This document shows positions 1 through 9,237 of a DNA stretch of 28,038 nucleotides, piece after piece. This DNA comes from a virus. Lineage: Duplodnaviria; Caudoviricetes. Where the stretch lies: positions 1 through 28,038 of IMG/VR virus record IMGVR_UViG_3300032327_000104; one strand, 5' to 3'. The notes under the pieces are model-generated. The model was not told the origin of the DNA and did no database searches. It saw nothing but the letters and a program-made list of their open reading frames with translations. A program made the position numbers and the translations under genes. How positions within the stretch are numbered: the first letter of the stretch is position 1; every line of letters begins with the position of its first letter.

Positions 1-390
1 GAAACCAAAGAAGCTGGTCAACTGTCTGAGGACGTAACCTTGCAAGCGGCCATCTTGTCAGTTGTCGCCGAGGGCTCCATGCCCAACACCAAGGTCGAGC
101 AGATTGGCAACACGGTGTTTATGTCGCATTACAGTGAAGACGGTAAAGAAGTCGCTATGCATATGTTTAACGCGGATATTGCGCGAAACTATTTGGAAAA
201 CTTTATCAAGTACGTCAAAGCGTTGCTGGGGCAGGGAGTTGAGCGCATGACCAGCGATTTCTCAGACAAGAAAATTTTGCAATTGTTTAACGCAATTTTC
301 CGCCGTCCCGAATTTCAAGAATGTGGTATGCAAGTGTACAATTTAAACACTGGTGATATGCGTGCGTACGTTGTATTGAAGGGCGCGTAA
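1..390 (+). CDS. 5'-truncated phage protein directly upstream of the ejection-protein genes (possibly GNAT-like virion assembly protein)
   Basis: Frame is open from base 1 (ETKEAGQLSEDVTLQAAIL...), so the true start is upstream of the window. Its stop overlaps the next ATG (TAATG). The functional guess rests on position only. Confidence 0.7.
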   Translation, partial: ETKEAGQLSEDVTLQAAILSVVAEGSMPNTKVEQIGNTVFMSHYSEDGKEVAMHMFNADIARNYLENFIKYVKALLGQGVERMTSDFSDKKILQLFNAIFRRPEFQECGMQVYNLNTGDMRAYVVLKGA

Positions 391-3300
391 TGGGTATATT
401 TAGCTCCATTAAAAAGGCTGTTAAAGGCGTAGTTCATGCAGTTGGCAACGCTATATCATCGGTCGGTAAAGCCGCCCTTAAATTAAGTGATTTTGTCGTT
501 GACAAGATCATTGAGCCTGTGGTTAAAACAGTTGGCACTGTTATTCAATCTGCAATTAACGACCCATTAAAAACCATCGCGCAAGTTACTGCCGTCGCTA
601 CAGGCAACGCATGGGCGCTTCCTCTTATTGAAGGCGCGGACGTCGCTATAGCTGGTGGTAGTATAACTGATGTATTAACTGCTACGGCTAAAGCGTATGT
701 TGCCCAAGAAGTTGGCGACTACGTTGGCAAGACAGCCACCGGTGCTGCTGCCAAAGCCACTGACAGCGCCCTCGCAGGTAAAATTATTGGTAGGGCCGCA
801 TCCGCTGCATCTGTTGCAGTTGTGACGGGGCAAGACCCCCTTAAAGCGTTGGTCAACGGTGGTGTGGCCGCAGCAACCGGCGCGGTGCTGGGCAAAGTTA
901 CTGAGGCAACTGGGGGTAACTTCTCAAAGTTGCCGCCGACTGTGCAAGCGGGCATTCAAGCGGCCATCACTGCAAAAATCACGGGTAGCCCTGTTGGGCC
1001 TGCCGTTATAGGTAGCGTCATCAAAGCCTCGAACATCGTGACTGATGCAATCACGTCGTTTGACCCAGATGGCAAAAAGCTCGACGACACCCAGCGCACC
1101 ATCGTGACGGATGTGCTCATGGGTACGGCTACTGCTGCGCTGACGGGCGGTAACGCATCTAATGTCATCCAAGCTGCCATGACAAAAGCTGGCACAAAAG
1201 CTCTGGGCGATATGGCCTCAGGCGCATTTAAGTCGGCAGCCGCAGCAGTCAAAAATGCGTTCAACACCGCAGAGATTTCTGCGGCTAAATTAACTGCGAA
1301 CCAAAATCAACAAGAAGCTACTGCGGCAAACTACAACAAGATTGCTACGGCAATTGAAAAGCGAATAGCGGAACAAAATAAACTCAGGAATGCGTATACC
1401 GCCGCAGTCAAAACATTCAATGAAAACCCCACAGAAGGAAATGGCAGGGCTGCAAACGAGACTATTCAAAGGTACAACGCATATGTAACGCAACTAAATA
1501 AAGACTACGAACAAACGTACAAACCAGAACTTGCTAAATACGCTGATACACTTGACAGGTTAAAACAAGAATATGCGATAAAAAGCGGGGACTACGAAAA
1601 AGCCATCCAAGCGTTTGGCACCGAGACAGATAAGCTGTCTGATGCGCTTGCCCCGGTCTACCGCGCTAGCAACCGCGCATTTGTTGAAGCGATGGATGAG
1701 AACTTCAACGCCGACCAGTACCGCACCTTGAATGGGCTCGGCGCGGATGTTGACCCGTATGAGCACTTCTTGTCCAAGGGTCAGTTTGAGGGTGTACCGA
1801 CAAACAATAAGGCCGCTGAGCCAGCCATTATTGCGGAACGCACTCGTCTGGTTACTCAGGCACTGGAGAGTAAGGGCGTGACGTTGGCTACGGCTGACCC
1901 AGCCATGATCTCCAAAATTCTGGACAACATTGACAAAAACTACGGCAACAATATCTCAGCACTCAAGTCCGCGTCTATTAAAGATGTAATCAACGGTAAC
2001 GCTACATTGGTCAATAAACTGGTGAGCGACCAACAAAACGGCGTGCTTAGAATTGAGGTTAGCGGCGGTTCGTATGGTGCGTGGAACAAGCCCGCCGATT
2101 TCACTCCACCTACGGGCACCAAATTGGCTTCAGTTGAGGCGTTCAATAGTGGCGCTGCGTCGTTGGTCTACGACAAGAAAGGTAATCCTGTTTGGGTTGA
2201 AGACAACCCCAGCGCTACTGTGGCAGCGTGGAATCCAACCACTGGCACTTACGAACTGCCTAAAGCTACCGCAACTAACAAGAAGCAACCTACTGGGCAA
2301 GAAAAAATTCTTGCTATGGCCTCGATGGGAAACGCAAGTGCTGCCAACGGGTCTATAAGTCAAGCCATGATTGATGCAGCCAAGACGGTCGTTGGCTGGG
2401 CACAGCAGTCGGGTAACTCAACGCTTATCAACGCGTCCGCCAACGTCCTAAAAGCTGGCGGTGGTTTCCTTGAATCCATTAACGGCATGTCTGTGTTGCT
2501 AGGTGTTGCCCCAAGCACTACAACAATGGGTAAGTTTGCAACTGCGTTAAACAATCTTGGCAAAGCAAGTAATACTGCGGAGTACCAAGCAGCCGTTAAA
2601 AACATGAACAGCATAATTGGCGATGCCAAAGGTGTTGGCGGTACGCTCAAAGCAATCTACGGCGCGTTCAAGTCTGCCCCGTTGCAATTCGTTGCAGAGT
2701 ACGTCGGCGTTGAAGGTATCCAAGAAATTGCCCCACTTCTCATTGGTGGCGTAGCCGCTGGGGGTGCCAAGGGTGCTGCACTCGCGTTAAAGTACGGCCA
2801 AGCCGTTGCTGCCAAGATGGGCACCGCCGTAGGTATGACAGCATCTATTGCTACCGACATCGCCGAATCGGCTGGTGGCGCGGCAACTAGCGCGTACAAC
2901 GAAGCGTACAAGACCGCGATTAAAGTGGGTAAGACTCCTGCGGACGCTGACAAGATCGCCATGGATATCGCGCAGCGCCAAGCGTTTGTTGCTGCGGCTA
3001 CTACCGCTGCGTCGATGGGTATTGGTGGTGCGGCCCTTGAGAAAGCTCTTCTGGGTAGAACCGGTACGGGGCTAGGCGACGCAATGCAAGCCCTCGGGGA
3101 TTTTGCCAAGACTGGCACCAAGATTACCATCAAAGAAAGTGTGTCTGAAGGCGGTGAAGAAGGCATTACGCAAGCTGCACTTGAAGGTCAACTGTATAAG
3201 CTCGATAAGACTCGTGACGTTGCCAAAGAAATCACACAGGCCGTTGCGTTTGGAGCCATCGCCGGTGGCCCGATTGCCGGGGGTGCTTACGGCGCAAGTC

Positions 3301-5450
3301 GCACCGGGGATGTAATCTCTAACGCTAGTCAAGGCAACCCACGGATCGCCAACATTTTGGAGACTTACAAGGGTGATCCTCTTGTTGTTTTTGCTGCTGC
3401 GGCACTGGATAAGTTTGGTGTTACGGATAACACTATCAAGTCCAACTTGATGAACACCATTGACAATACCAACTACACCAGCAGTAACGAAGCGGCTGTA
3501 GCGCTGGCCAAGCGTAATGACTACACGTACTCCGATGCAGACGTAAAAGCACTGACCGGTAAAGGCACCGACACGACGTTGGACAGCCGCGCCGAGGCAT
3601 ACGTTGACCCTAAAGTGTTTGACCTTGCAGAAGTCAAAGCCGCTGCTGCTGCTGAAGGCTACATCATCACAGATGAAGAAGCCGCTAAATTTGTAGGTCA
3701 GAAAGATGAAGCTACGGCCACTATTGCGGCCAAAACCGAGTTTGACCCCAAGGCAACTAACTACGACGAAGCCAAATCATTCTTTGCCGCCAAAGGCTAC
3801 ACACCTTCTGAGAATGAAATAAAACAATTTATTGGCGATAAAACTGAGGCCGCACAGGCGCAGGCAATTACTAATTACATCAACCCACGTCAAGTGACGT
3901 TTGACGAAGCCAAAAAGTATTTGGCCGATCAGGGCTACACCCCCACTGATGCGGAAATAAAGAAATTTGTTGGGCAGGTTAATGAAACGGAGCAGGTCAA
4001 GGCCGTCGAGGCTTACGTTGACCCACGCACAGTAAACGCAAAGGAAGTAATCGATGCGTATGTTGCGCTAGGGCTGAGTAAGCCCACGGATGCCGACGTT
4101 AAAAAACTAGTGGGCCAATACGACGAATCAGGGTTGACTGCCAAAGCCACTGATTATCTCCCCACTGCGCGATACAACTCTATCATGGCCGAGCTTGATA
4201 AAATGAGCGCTGGCGGTATCAGCGCGGAAGCCAAAGCCGCAATCGATTTGGTGCGTACCGACCTCACAAAGTCAATGGCCGATACTGGGCTGGAGGTTGC
4301 CAAAGTTGCCTTGAAGGTAGATACGGCCAAAGCTGATCTACAGAAAGCGATCACTGCGTTAGGCACCTCCACAGACAAAAACTTTGCGTCTGTGGACAAA
4401 GCCATCCAAGACCTGCGCGACGCAGGACTTACGGTAGATGACGTTAAGGCAACAGTCGATAAGATCGTAGGCAGTGCTGGTACGGACAAGGTCGCTGCCA
4501 CAGGCATCTACGCGCACATCGACGAGGTAAACACGGCGCTGCAAGCTAATCTGGCCCAGACAGAGAAGAGCATCCTCGCGGAGGTAGCGAAGAACGAGCA
4601 GGCGGGTATGACCCGTGATGCCGCACTCCAGAAGGCTATCGATACGGTAGCAGCAACGCAGAAGACTGATGCTGCAACGCTGACCTCCAAGCTCTCGGGG
4701 GTGCAGACGGCCCTTGGTAAAGAGATAGCAGGCGTACAGGCGGACTTGCAAACCAAGTACGCCACCCTGACGGCGGAACAAAAAGCGCTCGCTACGCAGC
4801 TTACAAATCAGGGTATTGACCTCAACACGGCTATTGCCACTGCCAAGGGGGAGGTGCAGACCCAAATTGGCGCGTTGCAAGATGTAGTTGGTCGCGGTAC
4901 CCAGCAAGCCACGCAGTCCGATCTGAACGCCGTGATCAACCTACTGGAGACTCAGGGTGCGTACGATGCACAGTACGACTACAACGGCGACAAAGTAATT
5001 GACCAGAAAGACAAGGTTGCGATTGAAACGGCATTAGCTTACAAGCCAGATACTAACGACCCGTTTGTCTACAACCCCGCTACAGGTTCCAAGTGGGCGC
5101 CTACTGGTGTGTTCAAGGCCGTGCAGGATGAAGCAGCGGCTACGCGCCAAGCCCAGCAAAACGAAGCAGCGGCTACGCGCCGAACCCAAGCTGCGGCTGC
5201 ACTCAAGACCCAGCGCATGGGTAACCTCAATACCATGATAAACATGGTGGGGCAAGCGGATGACACCGGAGGTCAGCAAGTAACAGTAAAAGCTGCTGAC
5301 CCCGCTAAGATTGGGTACATTTACGACTGGAACAGCATTTTTGCTAACCCAGCACAGGAAAAGATGTTTGCATCTCCGTTTGCGCGGGGCGGTATGGTGG
5401 ACAATGTTGAAGATGTAAACGATGAACTTTTAAAGCTCTTGAAGGGGTAA
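390..5450 (+). CDS. Large (1686 aa) putative internal virion/ejection protein with Ala/Gly-rich hydrophobic segments, coiled coils, 46-aa repeats and an EF-hand/dockerin-like loop
   Basis: Long ORF coupled to the upstream gene. N-terminus MGIFSSIKKAVKGVVHAVG is amphipathic. C-terminal FARGG motif. Lies in an operon of similar proteins. Confidence 0.8.
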   Translation: MGIFSSIKKAVKGVVHAVGNAISSVGKAALKLSDFVVDKIIEPVVKTVGTVIQSAINDPLKTIAQVTAVATGNAWALPLIEGADVAIAGGSITDVLTATAKAYVAQEVGDYVGKTATGAAAKATDSALAGKIIGRAASAASVAVVTGQDPLKALVNGGVAAATGAVLGKVTEATGGNFSKLPPTVQAGIQAAITAKITGSPVGPAVIGSVIKASNIVTDAITSFDPDGKKLDDTQRTIVTDVLMGTATAALTGGNASNVIQAAMTKAGTKALGDMASGAFKSAAAAVKNAFNTAEISAAKLTANQNQQEATAANYNKIATAIEKRIAEQNKLRNAYTAAVKTFNENPTEGNGRAANETIQRYNAYVTQLNKDYEQTYKPELAKYADTLDRLKQEYAIKSGDYEKAIQAFGTETDKLSDALAPVYRASNRAFVEAMDENFNADQYRTLNGLGADVDPYEHFLSKGQFEGVPTNNKAAEPAIIAERTRLVTQALESKGVTLATADPAMISKILDNIDKNYGNNISALKSASIKDVINGNATLVNKLVSDQQNGVLRIEVSGGSYGAWNKPADFTPPTGTKLASVEAFNSGAASLVYDKKGNPVWVEDNPSATVAAWNPTTGTYELPKATATNKKQPTGQEKILAMASMGNASAANGSISQAMIDAAKTVVGWAQQSGNSTLINASANVLKAGGGFLESINGMSVLLGVAPSTTTMGKFATALNNLGKASNTAEYQAAVKNMNSIIGDAKGVGGTLKAIYGAFKSAPLQFVAEYVGVEGIQEIAPLLIGGVAAGGAKGAALALKYGQAVAAKMGTAVGMTASIATDIAESAGGAATSAYNEAYKTAIKVGKTPADADKIAMDIAQRQAFVAAATTAASMGIGGAALEKALLGRTGTGLGDAMQALGDFAKTGTKITIKESVSEGGEEGITQAALEGQLYKLDKTRDVAKEITQAVAFGAIAGGPIAGGAYGASRTGDVISNASQGNPRIANILETYKGDPLVVFAAAALDKFGVTDNTIKSNLMNTIDNTNYTSSNEAAVALAKRNDYTYSDADVKALTGKGTDTTLDSRAEAYVDPKVFDLAEVKAAAAAEGYIITDEEAAKFVGQKDEATATIAAKTEFDPKATNYDEAKSFFAAKGYTPSENEIKQFIGDKTEAAQAQAITNYINPRQVTFDEAKKYLADQGYTPTDAEIKKFVGQVNETEQVKAVEAYVDPRTVNAKEVIDAYVALGLSKPTDADVKKLVGQYDESGLTAKATDYLPTARYNSIMAELDKMSAGGISAEAKAAIDLVRTDLTKSMADTGLEVAKVALKVDTAKADLQKAITALGTSTDKNFASVDKAIQDLRDAGLTVDDVKATVDKIVGSAGTDKVAATGIYAHIDEVNTALQANLAQTEKSILAEVAKNEQAGMTRDAALQKAIDTVAATQKTDAATLTSKLSGVQTALGKEIAGVQADLQTKYATLTAEQKALATQLTNQGIDLNTAIATAKGEVQTQIGALQDVVGRGTQQATQSDLNAVINLLETQGAYDAQYDYNGDKVIDQKDKVAIETALAYKPDTNDPFVYNPATGSKWAPTGVFKAVQDEAAATRQAQQNEAAATRRTQAAAALKTQRMGNLNTMINMVGQADDTGGQQVTVKAADPAKIGYIYDWNSIFANPAQEKMFASPFARGGMVDNVEDVNDELLKLLKG
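3459..4157 (+). repeat. Five diverged 46-aa (138-bp) tandem protein repeats, consensus about [VI]DP+xxxxxEAKxxxAxxGYxPTDxE[IV]KKFVGQxxE
   Basis: Unit starts at 3603, 3741, 3879 and 4017 are exactly 138 bp apart. A more degenerate unit starts at about 3459. Confidence 0.85.
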
Positions 5451-5454
5451 AGCT

Positions 5455-6423
5455 ATGGCACTCGAATGGGTATCCACAGGGGTCGATGAAGATGGCAATG
5501 AGACTGGGTACAACATAGACAACAGTAACGGGCGTGTCTGGGACGCTGACGGTAACTTGTTAGACCAAACTACGGCGCAACCCGTAGATTCCTCATACTA
5601 TACTAGCGAAGAGTTTTATAGAGATTATCCAGAGGCTACAAACGTGGGTAGCGATGTACTATCAACCATCGGTGACTATGCAAAAAAATTTGGGCAGGGG
5701 GCTTTAGACGCACTTAAAAACGCGTTTACTAAAACTGTAAACGGTAAAAGTGTAGTGGACTGGAGGTCAATTGCCGGTGCCGCAGGTGGCGTATATGGGT
5801 TATACCAAAGTCAACAAGCGCCCGAGAAAACTGGATATCAAGGTGGCATCCCCAAGTACGAAGCGGTGCGTGAGACGGTGGCTAACACTTACGACCCCAA
5901 CCGCCGTCCGGGGAGCGCTGCCCAAGACTACTTCTCCAGCACCAAGTTCGTTGCGCCCAAGGACGCTGAAGCCGCTCGTACCGCCGCCAAGCAAGAAGCC
6001 GTAGGTTTGGAAGCCTTGAACAAATCCAACCCCGCACGCCAAGAGCGTACTGTCTTACAAGCAGGTGCAGAGAAAAAAGAAGTTGCGCCGTCGGAAATCA
6101 GACCTGCATCGTCCGTCATCAAAGATTTGCCCGTGCCGAAATACGCATCGGGCGGTATTGCCGAAATGGCTAGGGGTCGGTATTTAGCTGGCGCAACAGA
6201 CGGTATGGCGGATAAAATTCCAGCACGAATCGGTGGAAAACAGGAAGCTCGGTTGAGCCATGGGGAGTTTGTTATCCCAGCAGACGTTGTTGGGCACCTC
6301 GGCAACGGAAATTCCGAAGCAGGTGCACAGCGCCTGTACGCCATGATGGACAAAATTCGTAAAGCCCGCACCGGTACAACCAAGCAGGGCAAGCAAATCA
6401 ACCCCGACAAATTCTTAGCGTAA
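5455..6423 (+). CDS. Putative virion protein (322 aa) with C-terminal YASGG...DGMADKIPA...LSHGEFVIPADVV domain
   Basis: SD-like AAGGGG upstream. The C-terminal motif resembles the xAxGG...SD.IPA.LS.GEFV signature recalled from phage tape-measure/ejection proteins. Confidence 0.75.
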   Translation: MALEWVSTGVDEDGNETGYNIDNSNGRVWDADGNLLDQTTAQPVDSSYYTSEEFYRDYPEATNVGSDVLSTIGDYAKKFGQGALDALKNAFTKTVNGKSVVDWRSIAGAAGGVYGLYQSQQAPEKTGYQGGIPKYEAVRETVANTYDPNRRPGSAAQDYFSSTKFVAPKDAEAARTAAKQEAVGLEALNKSNPARQERTVLQAGAEKKEVAPSEIRPASSVIKDLPVPKYASGGIAEMARGRYLAGATDGMADKIPARIGGKQEARLSHGEFVIPADVVGHLGNGNSEAGAQRLYAMMDKIRKARTGTTKQGKQINPDKFLA

Positions 6424-6435
6424 GCGAGGTAGAAC

Positions 6436-7365
6436 ATGCCAACAGCATCATCTTCAGGAACCACGGATTCCGCCGCCGATACCGGAGTCGGTCAACAAAC
6501 CGGCACCGAATCCTCCCTCTCAAACTGGGCGGGGCCGTATGTCACGGACATGTTGGCTCGTGGCCAAGCACTGGCCAACCAAGACTACCAAGCCTACGGT
6601 GGCCCACTGACCGCAGGTGAATCTGACCTCCAGAAGACGGCGTTTCAAGGCATCGCTGGCCTGACCATCCCTACCGATCAGATGGGTGCATTTGCACCTA
6701 AGACGTTTGACGCAACGCAAGCGCAAAACTACATGAACCCATACTTGACTGCGGCACTCAATCCGCAGATCGAGGAAGCCAAGCGCCAAGCGCAAATTCA
6801 AAACCTGCAAAACCGCACCGCAGCGACTAAAGCTGGCGCGTTTGGCGGCGGTCGCGGTGCCCTGATGGAGTCTGAAAACCAGCGCAACATGTTGCAAAAC
6901 CTTGCTGGCATTACCGGCAAAGGGTACTCAGACGCTTACTCGCAGGCGATGAACCAATTTAACGTCGAACAGGGGCGTGGCCAAACAGCCCAAGACGCCG
7001 CTAACCAATACGGTCTGGCCGCGCTCCAGAAGCAAGGCGAAGCTGGTGCAGCGCAGCGTGACATCGAGCAGCAAGGTATCACCGCTGACATGAAAGAGTT
7101 TGAAACTCAACGCGAGTTTCCGTACAAGCAGGTGCAGTATCAGCAGTCCCTGTTGCAAGGTCTCCCCCTCGCCGCACAGACTTACTCGTACTCGCAGCCC
7201 AGTGCGCTATCAAGTATTCTCAGTCAGGGCGGCGGCCTCATGGACTTGTACGACCGTATTTTTGGTGGGGCCACTCCTGCCCCTGCGCCAGCCCCTGCGC
7301 CAGCCCCTGCGCCAGCCCCTGCGCCAGCCCCTGCGCCAGCCCCTGCCCCTGCATCCGTTCCCTAA
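6436..7365 (+). CDS. Putative DNA ejection/pilot protein (309 aa), Gln/Ala-rich with YMNPY and GAFGGGR motifs and a (PA)13 tail
   Basis: SD GAGGT upstream. Motifs are typical of podovirus-like ejection proteins (recalled), and the operon context agrees. Confidence 0.75.
   Translation: MPTASSSGTTDSAADTGVGQQTGTESSLSNWAGPYVTDMLARGQALANQDYQAYGGPLTAGESDLQKTAFQGIAGLTIPTDQMGAFAPKTFDATQAQNYMNPYLTAALNPQIEEAKRQAQIQNLQNRTAATKAGAFGGGRGALMESENQRNMLQNLAGITGKGYSDAYSQAMNQFNVEQGRGQTAQDAANQYGLAALQKQGEAGAAQRDIEQQGITADMKEFETQREFPYKQVQYQQSLLQGLPLAAQTYSYSQPSALSSILSQGGGLMDLYDRIFGGATPAPAPAPAPAPAPAPAPAPAPAPAPASVP
7276..7353 (+). repeat. Pro-Ala microsatellite: five perfect CCTGCGCCAGCC units (7282-7341) with flanking CCTGCN units
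   Basis: Read directly from the sequence; encodes (PA)13. Confidence 0.95.
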
Positions 7366-7374
7366 GGAATAAAC

Positions 7375-9228
7375 ATGCAAATGCCAAACGCTACACCCCA
7401 AGGTCTTGCAGGACTCATGCAACAGCGTCCGCAAGCCCCTCAAATGCCTACCCCCGGTAAAGCCAGCCCCATGGCTGGACTGGGCAGTGTGGACGACCGC
7501 GTTGCAGCGTATCAGGGCAACACCAAGCCGTTGGAACAACGCTACGCAATGAGCCAAGACTTACTCGATCTGTTGGCGCTCCAAAAGATCAAATCCCAAA
7601 AGGATGCAGCCGCACGTCAAATGCAGTTGCAAATGGCGCAGCAAGGCGCAGAAGGTGGCCAAGCCAACATGACCGTGGCGCAGCAGCGCGAGCAAGAGGT
7701 TAATCAACTAACCAAGAACGAACTTGCTCAACAGCGCGGTGACACGGCGCAGAAGCAAGCTGATGACCAGCAAGCCGCGATGCAAAAGATGATGAGTGGT
7801 ATCGCCGGGGCTCCCGGTGCAAACGCCGCCGCGCAACCCAAGGCCATGGCCGCTGGCGGTATCGTGGGGTACGCTGGCCCTGAAGGTTCCGTAGTGGGCA
7901 AAAAGCCATTGGACGAGGCGGCTAAACAAGAGTTGGCCCGTGTTCAAATGAAGGGCGACCGCGAAGCCTTGATGAATGTCTTGCGCAAACTTGCTGCTGC
8001 TGGATACGACGTTGCCACTGTGATCCCCCGTGGTCTTGCCGGTGCAATTGATACAGCTATTATTCGTCCTGCTCGCGCCATCACTAACATGGAGATTCCC
8101 TATTTAGGGTCTGTCATCGATACGGAGAGCGCTACTCCAGCAATGGATGAGATTGATCGCGCAGAAGCTGCCGCGAAACCACAAGCACCTGCCGTCGCCC
8201 CAGAAGCTGCCGCATCTCCTGCCGCCAGACCGCCTACGCCACCTACGCCACCCGCACCTCCTGTTATGCCGAAGCCCCCCGGTATTGCTGGCTTGCCCGG
8301 TGCCGGTACCGCTGGCCCTGCCGCTCCCGGTGCCGCTCCTGCTGGCCCTGTACCAGCCACCGATTTTGGTGACAAGCTCGAAAAAGCCGCGCTCAAGAAC
8401 GCAGAGATCGACCCTGCTGCCCGGCAACTTTCGGAAGAGAAGCGCATCGAAGACCGTATGGCACTTACACCTGAACAACGCAAGGTGTACGACGAGGGTA
8501 TTGGTGGTCTTCAGAAGATGTACCAAGAGCAGTACGACCCTGAACGCCAACGTCAAGAGGGTATCAAGCGTGCCTTGATCGGTGCGGGTGGGCGTCGCTA
8601 CGGCGAGTTTGCTGGCGCTGCTCAAGCAGGTATGGCGTACGATGATCAGCAACGCGCTGCCAAGCTCAAAGAATTTGAAGGTGTACAGAAAGCCCGCACG
8701 GGCCTGATCGACATTGACCGCGCAAACGTCAAAGAAGGTATTGCCGGGGGTATGAAAGCCTACGAGCAGGGTAGTCTGTCGCAACGTCAAGGCTTAGAAT
8801 CTGGCTCCCGTTTGTACAGCACCGATGTGGACACCCGCAACAAGGCACTTGACCGTGAAATTGAAAGACTCAAAGTTGACGCGCAGCGGGATGCAACTGC
8901 TGCATCGCGTGAGAGTTTGTCATACGACAAGGCCCGTACTGTCTATTCGGCCACGCTCAGCAGAGTGCAAGAACTTGAACGTCGTCTAGACGAAGACTTT
9001 GCAAGGCAGAACGGCATGTTGCTGATGCAAGAACAGTCGGGCAAAATGGACGCCGCGCAGAAGAATCAATTGGAAACTGCAAAGTTGCAACTCCAACAGC
9101 AAAAAGCCAAGATTCGCAAAGAAATAGAGCCGGTACTGGAATCTGCACGCCAGAAACTTGGTGTATCCGATATGGGCGGCGTATCCGATGGGTTCGGCGA
9201 AATGAAAAAAGTAGATTCTAAAAAATAA
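7375..9228 (+). CDS. Putative internal virion/ejection protein (617 aa), Gln-rich coiled coil with MAAGGIV motif and Pro/Ala linker
   Basis: SD TAAGGA upstream; long ORF in the late operon. Confidence 0.75.
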   Translation: MQMPNATPQGLAGLMQQRPQAPQMPTPGKASPMAGLGSVDDRVAAYQGNTKPLEQRYAMSQDLLDLLALQKIKSQKDAAARQMQLQMAQQGAEGGQANMTVAQQREQEVNQLTKNELAQQRGDTAQKQADDQQAAMQKMMSGIAGAPGANAAAQPKAMAAGGIVGYAGPEGSVVGKKPLDEAAKQELARVQMKGDREALMNVLRKLAAAGYDVATVIPRGLAGAIDTAIIRPARAITNMEIPYLGSVIDTESATPAMDEIDRAEAAAKPQAPAVAPEAAASPAARPPTPPTPPAPPVMPKPPGIAGLPGAGTAGPAAPGAAPAGPVPATDFGDKLEKAALKNAEIDPAARQLSEEKRIEDRMALTPEQRKVYDEGIGGLQKMYQEQYDPERQRQEGIKRALIGAGGRRYGEFAGAAQAGMAYDDQQRAAKLKEFEGVQKARTGLIDIDRANVKEGIAGGMKAYEQGSLSQRQGLESGSRLYSTDVDTRNKALDREIERLKVDAQRDATAASRESLSYDKARTVYSATLSRVQELERRLDEDFARQNGMLLMQEQSGKMDAAQKNQLETAKLQLQQQKAKIRKEIEPVLESARQKLGVSDMGGVSDGFGEMKKVDSKK

Positions 9229-9237
9229 GGAGTAAGC

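Noticed and set aside
5130-5181. 19-bp direct repeat GAAGCAGCGGCTACGCGCC at 33-bp spacing
   Set aside because: Simple in-frame duplication (EAAATR twice) in a helical region; only two copies, so not a CRISPR or regulatory array.
390-5450. Siphovirus tape-measure protein call
   Set aside because: It sits in a run of several large ejection-type proteins with no tail tube, chaperone or baseplate genes nearby, so an internal virion protein is more consistent, though unproven.
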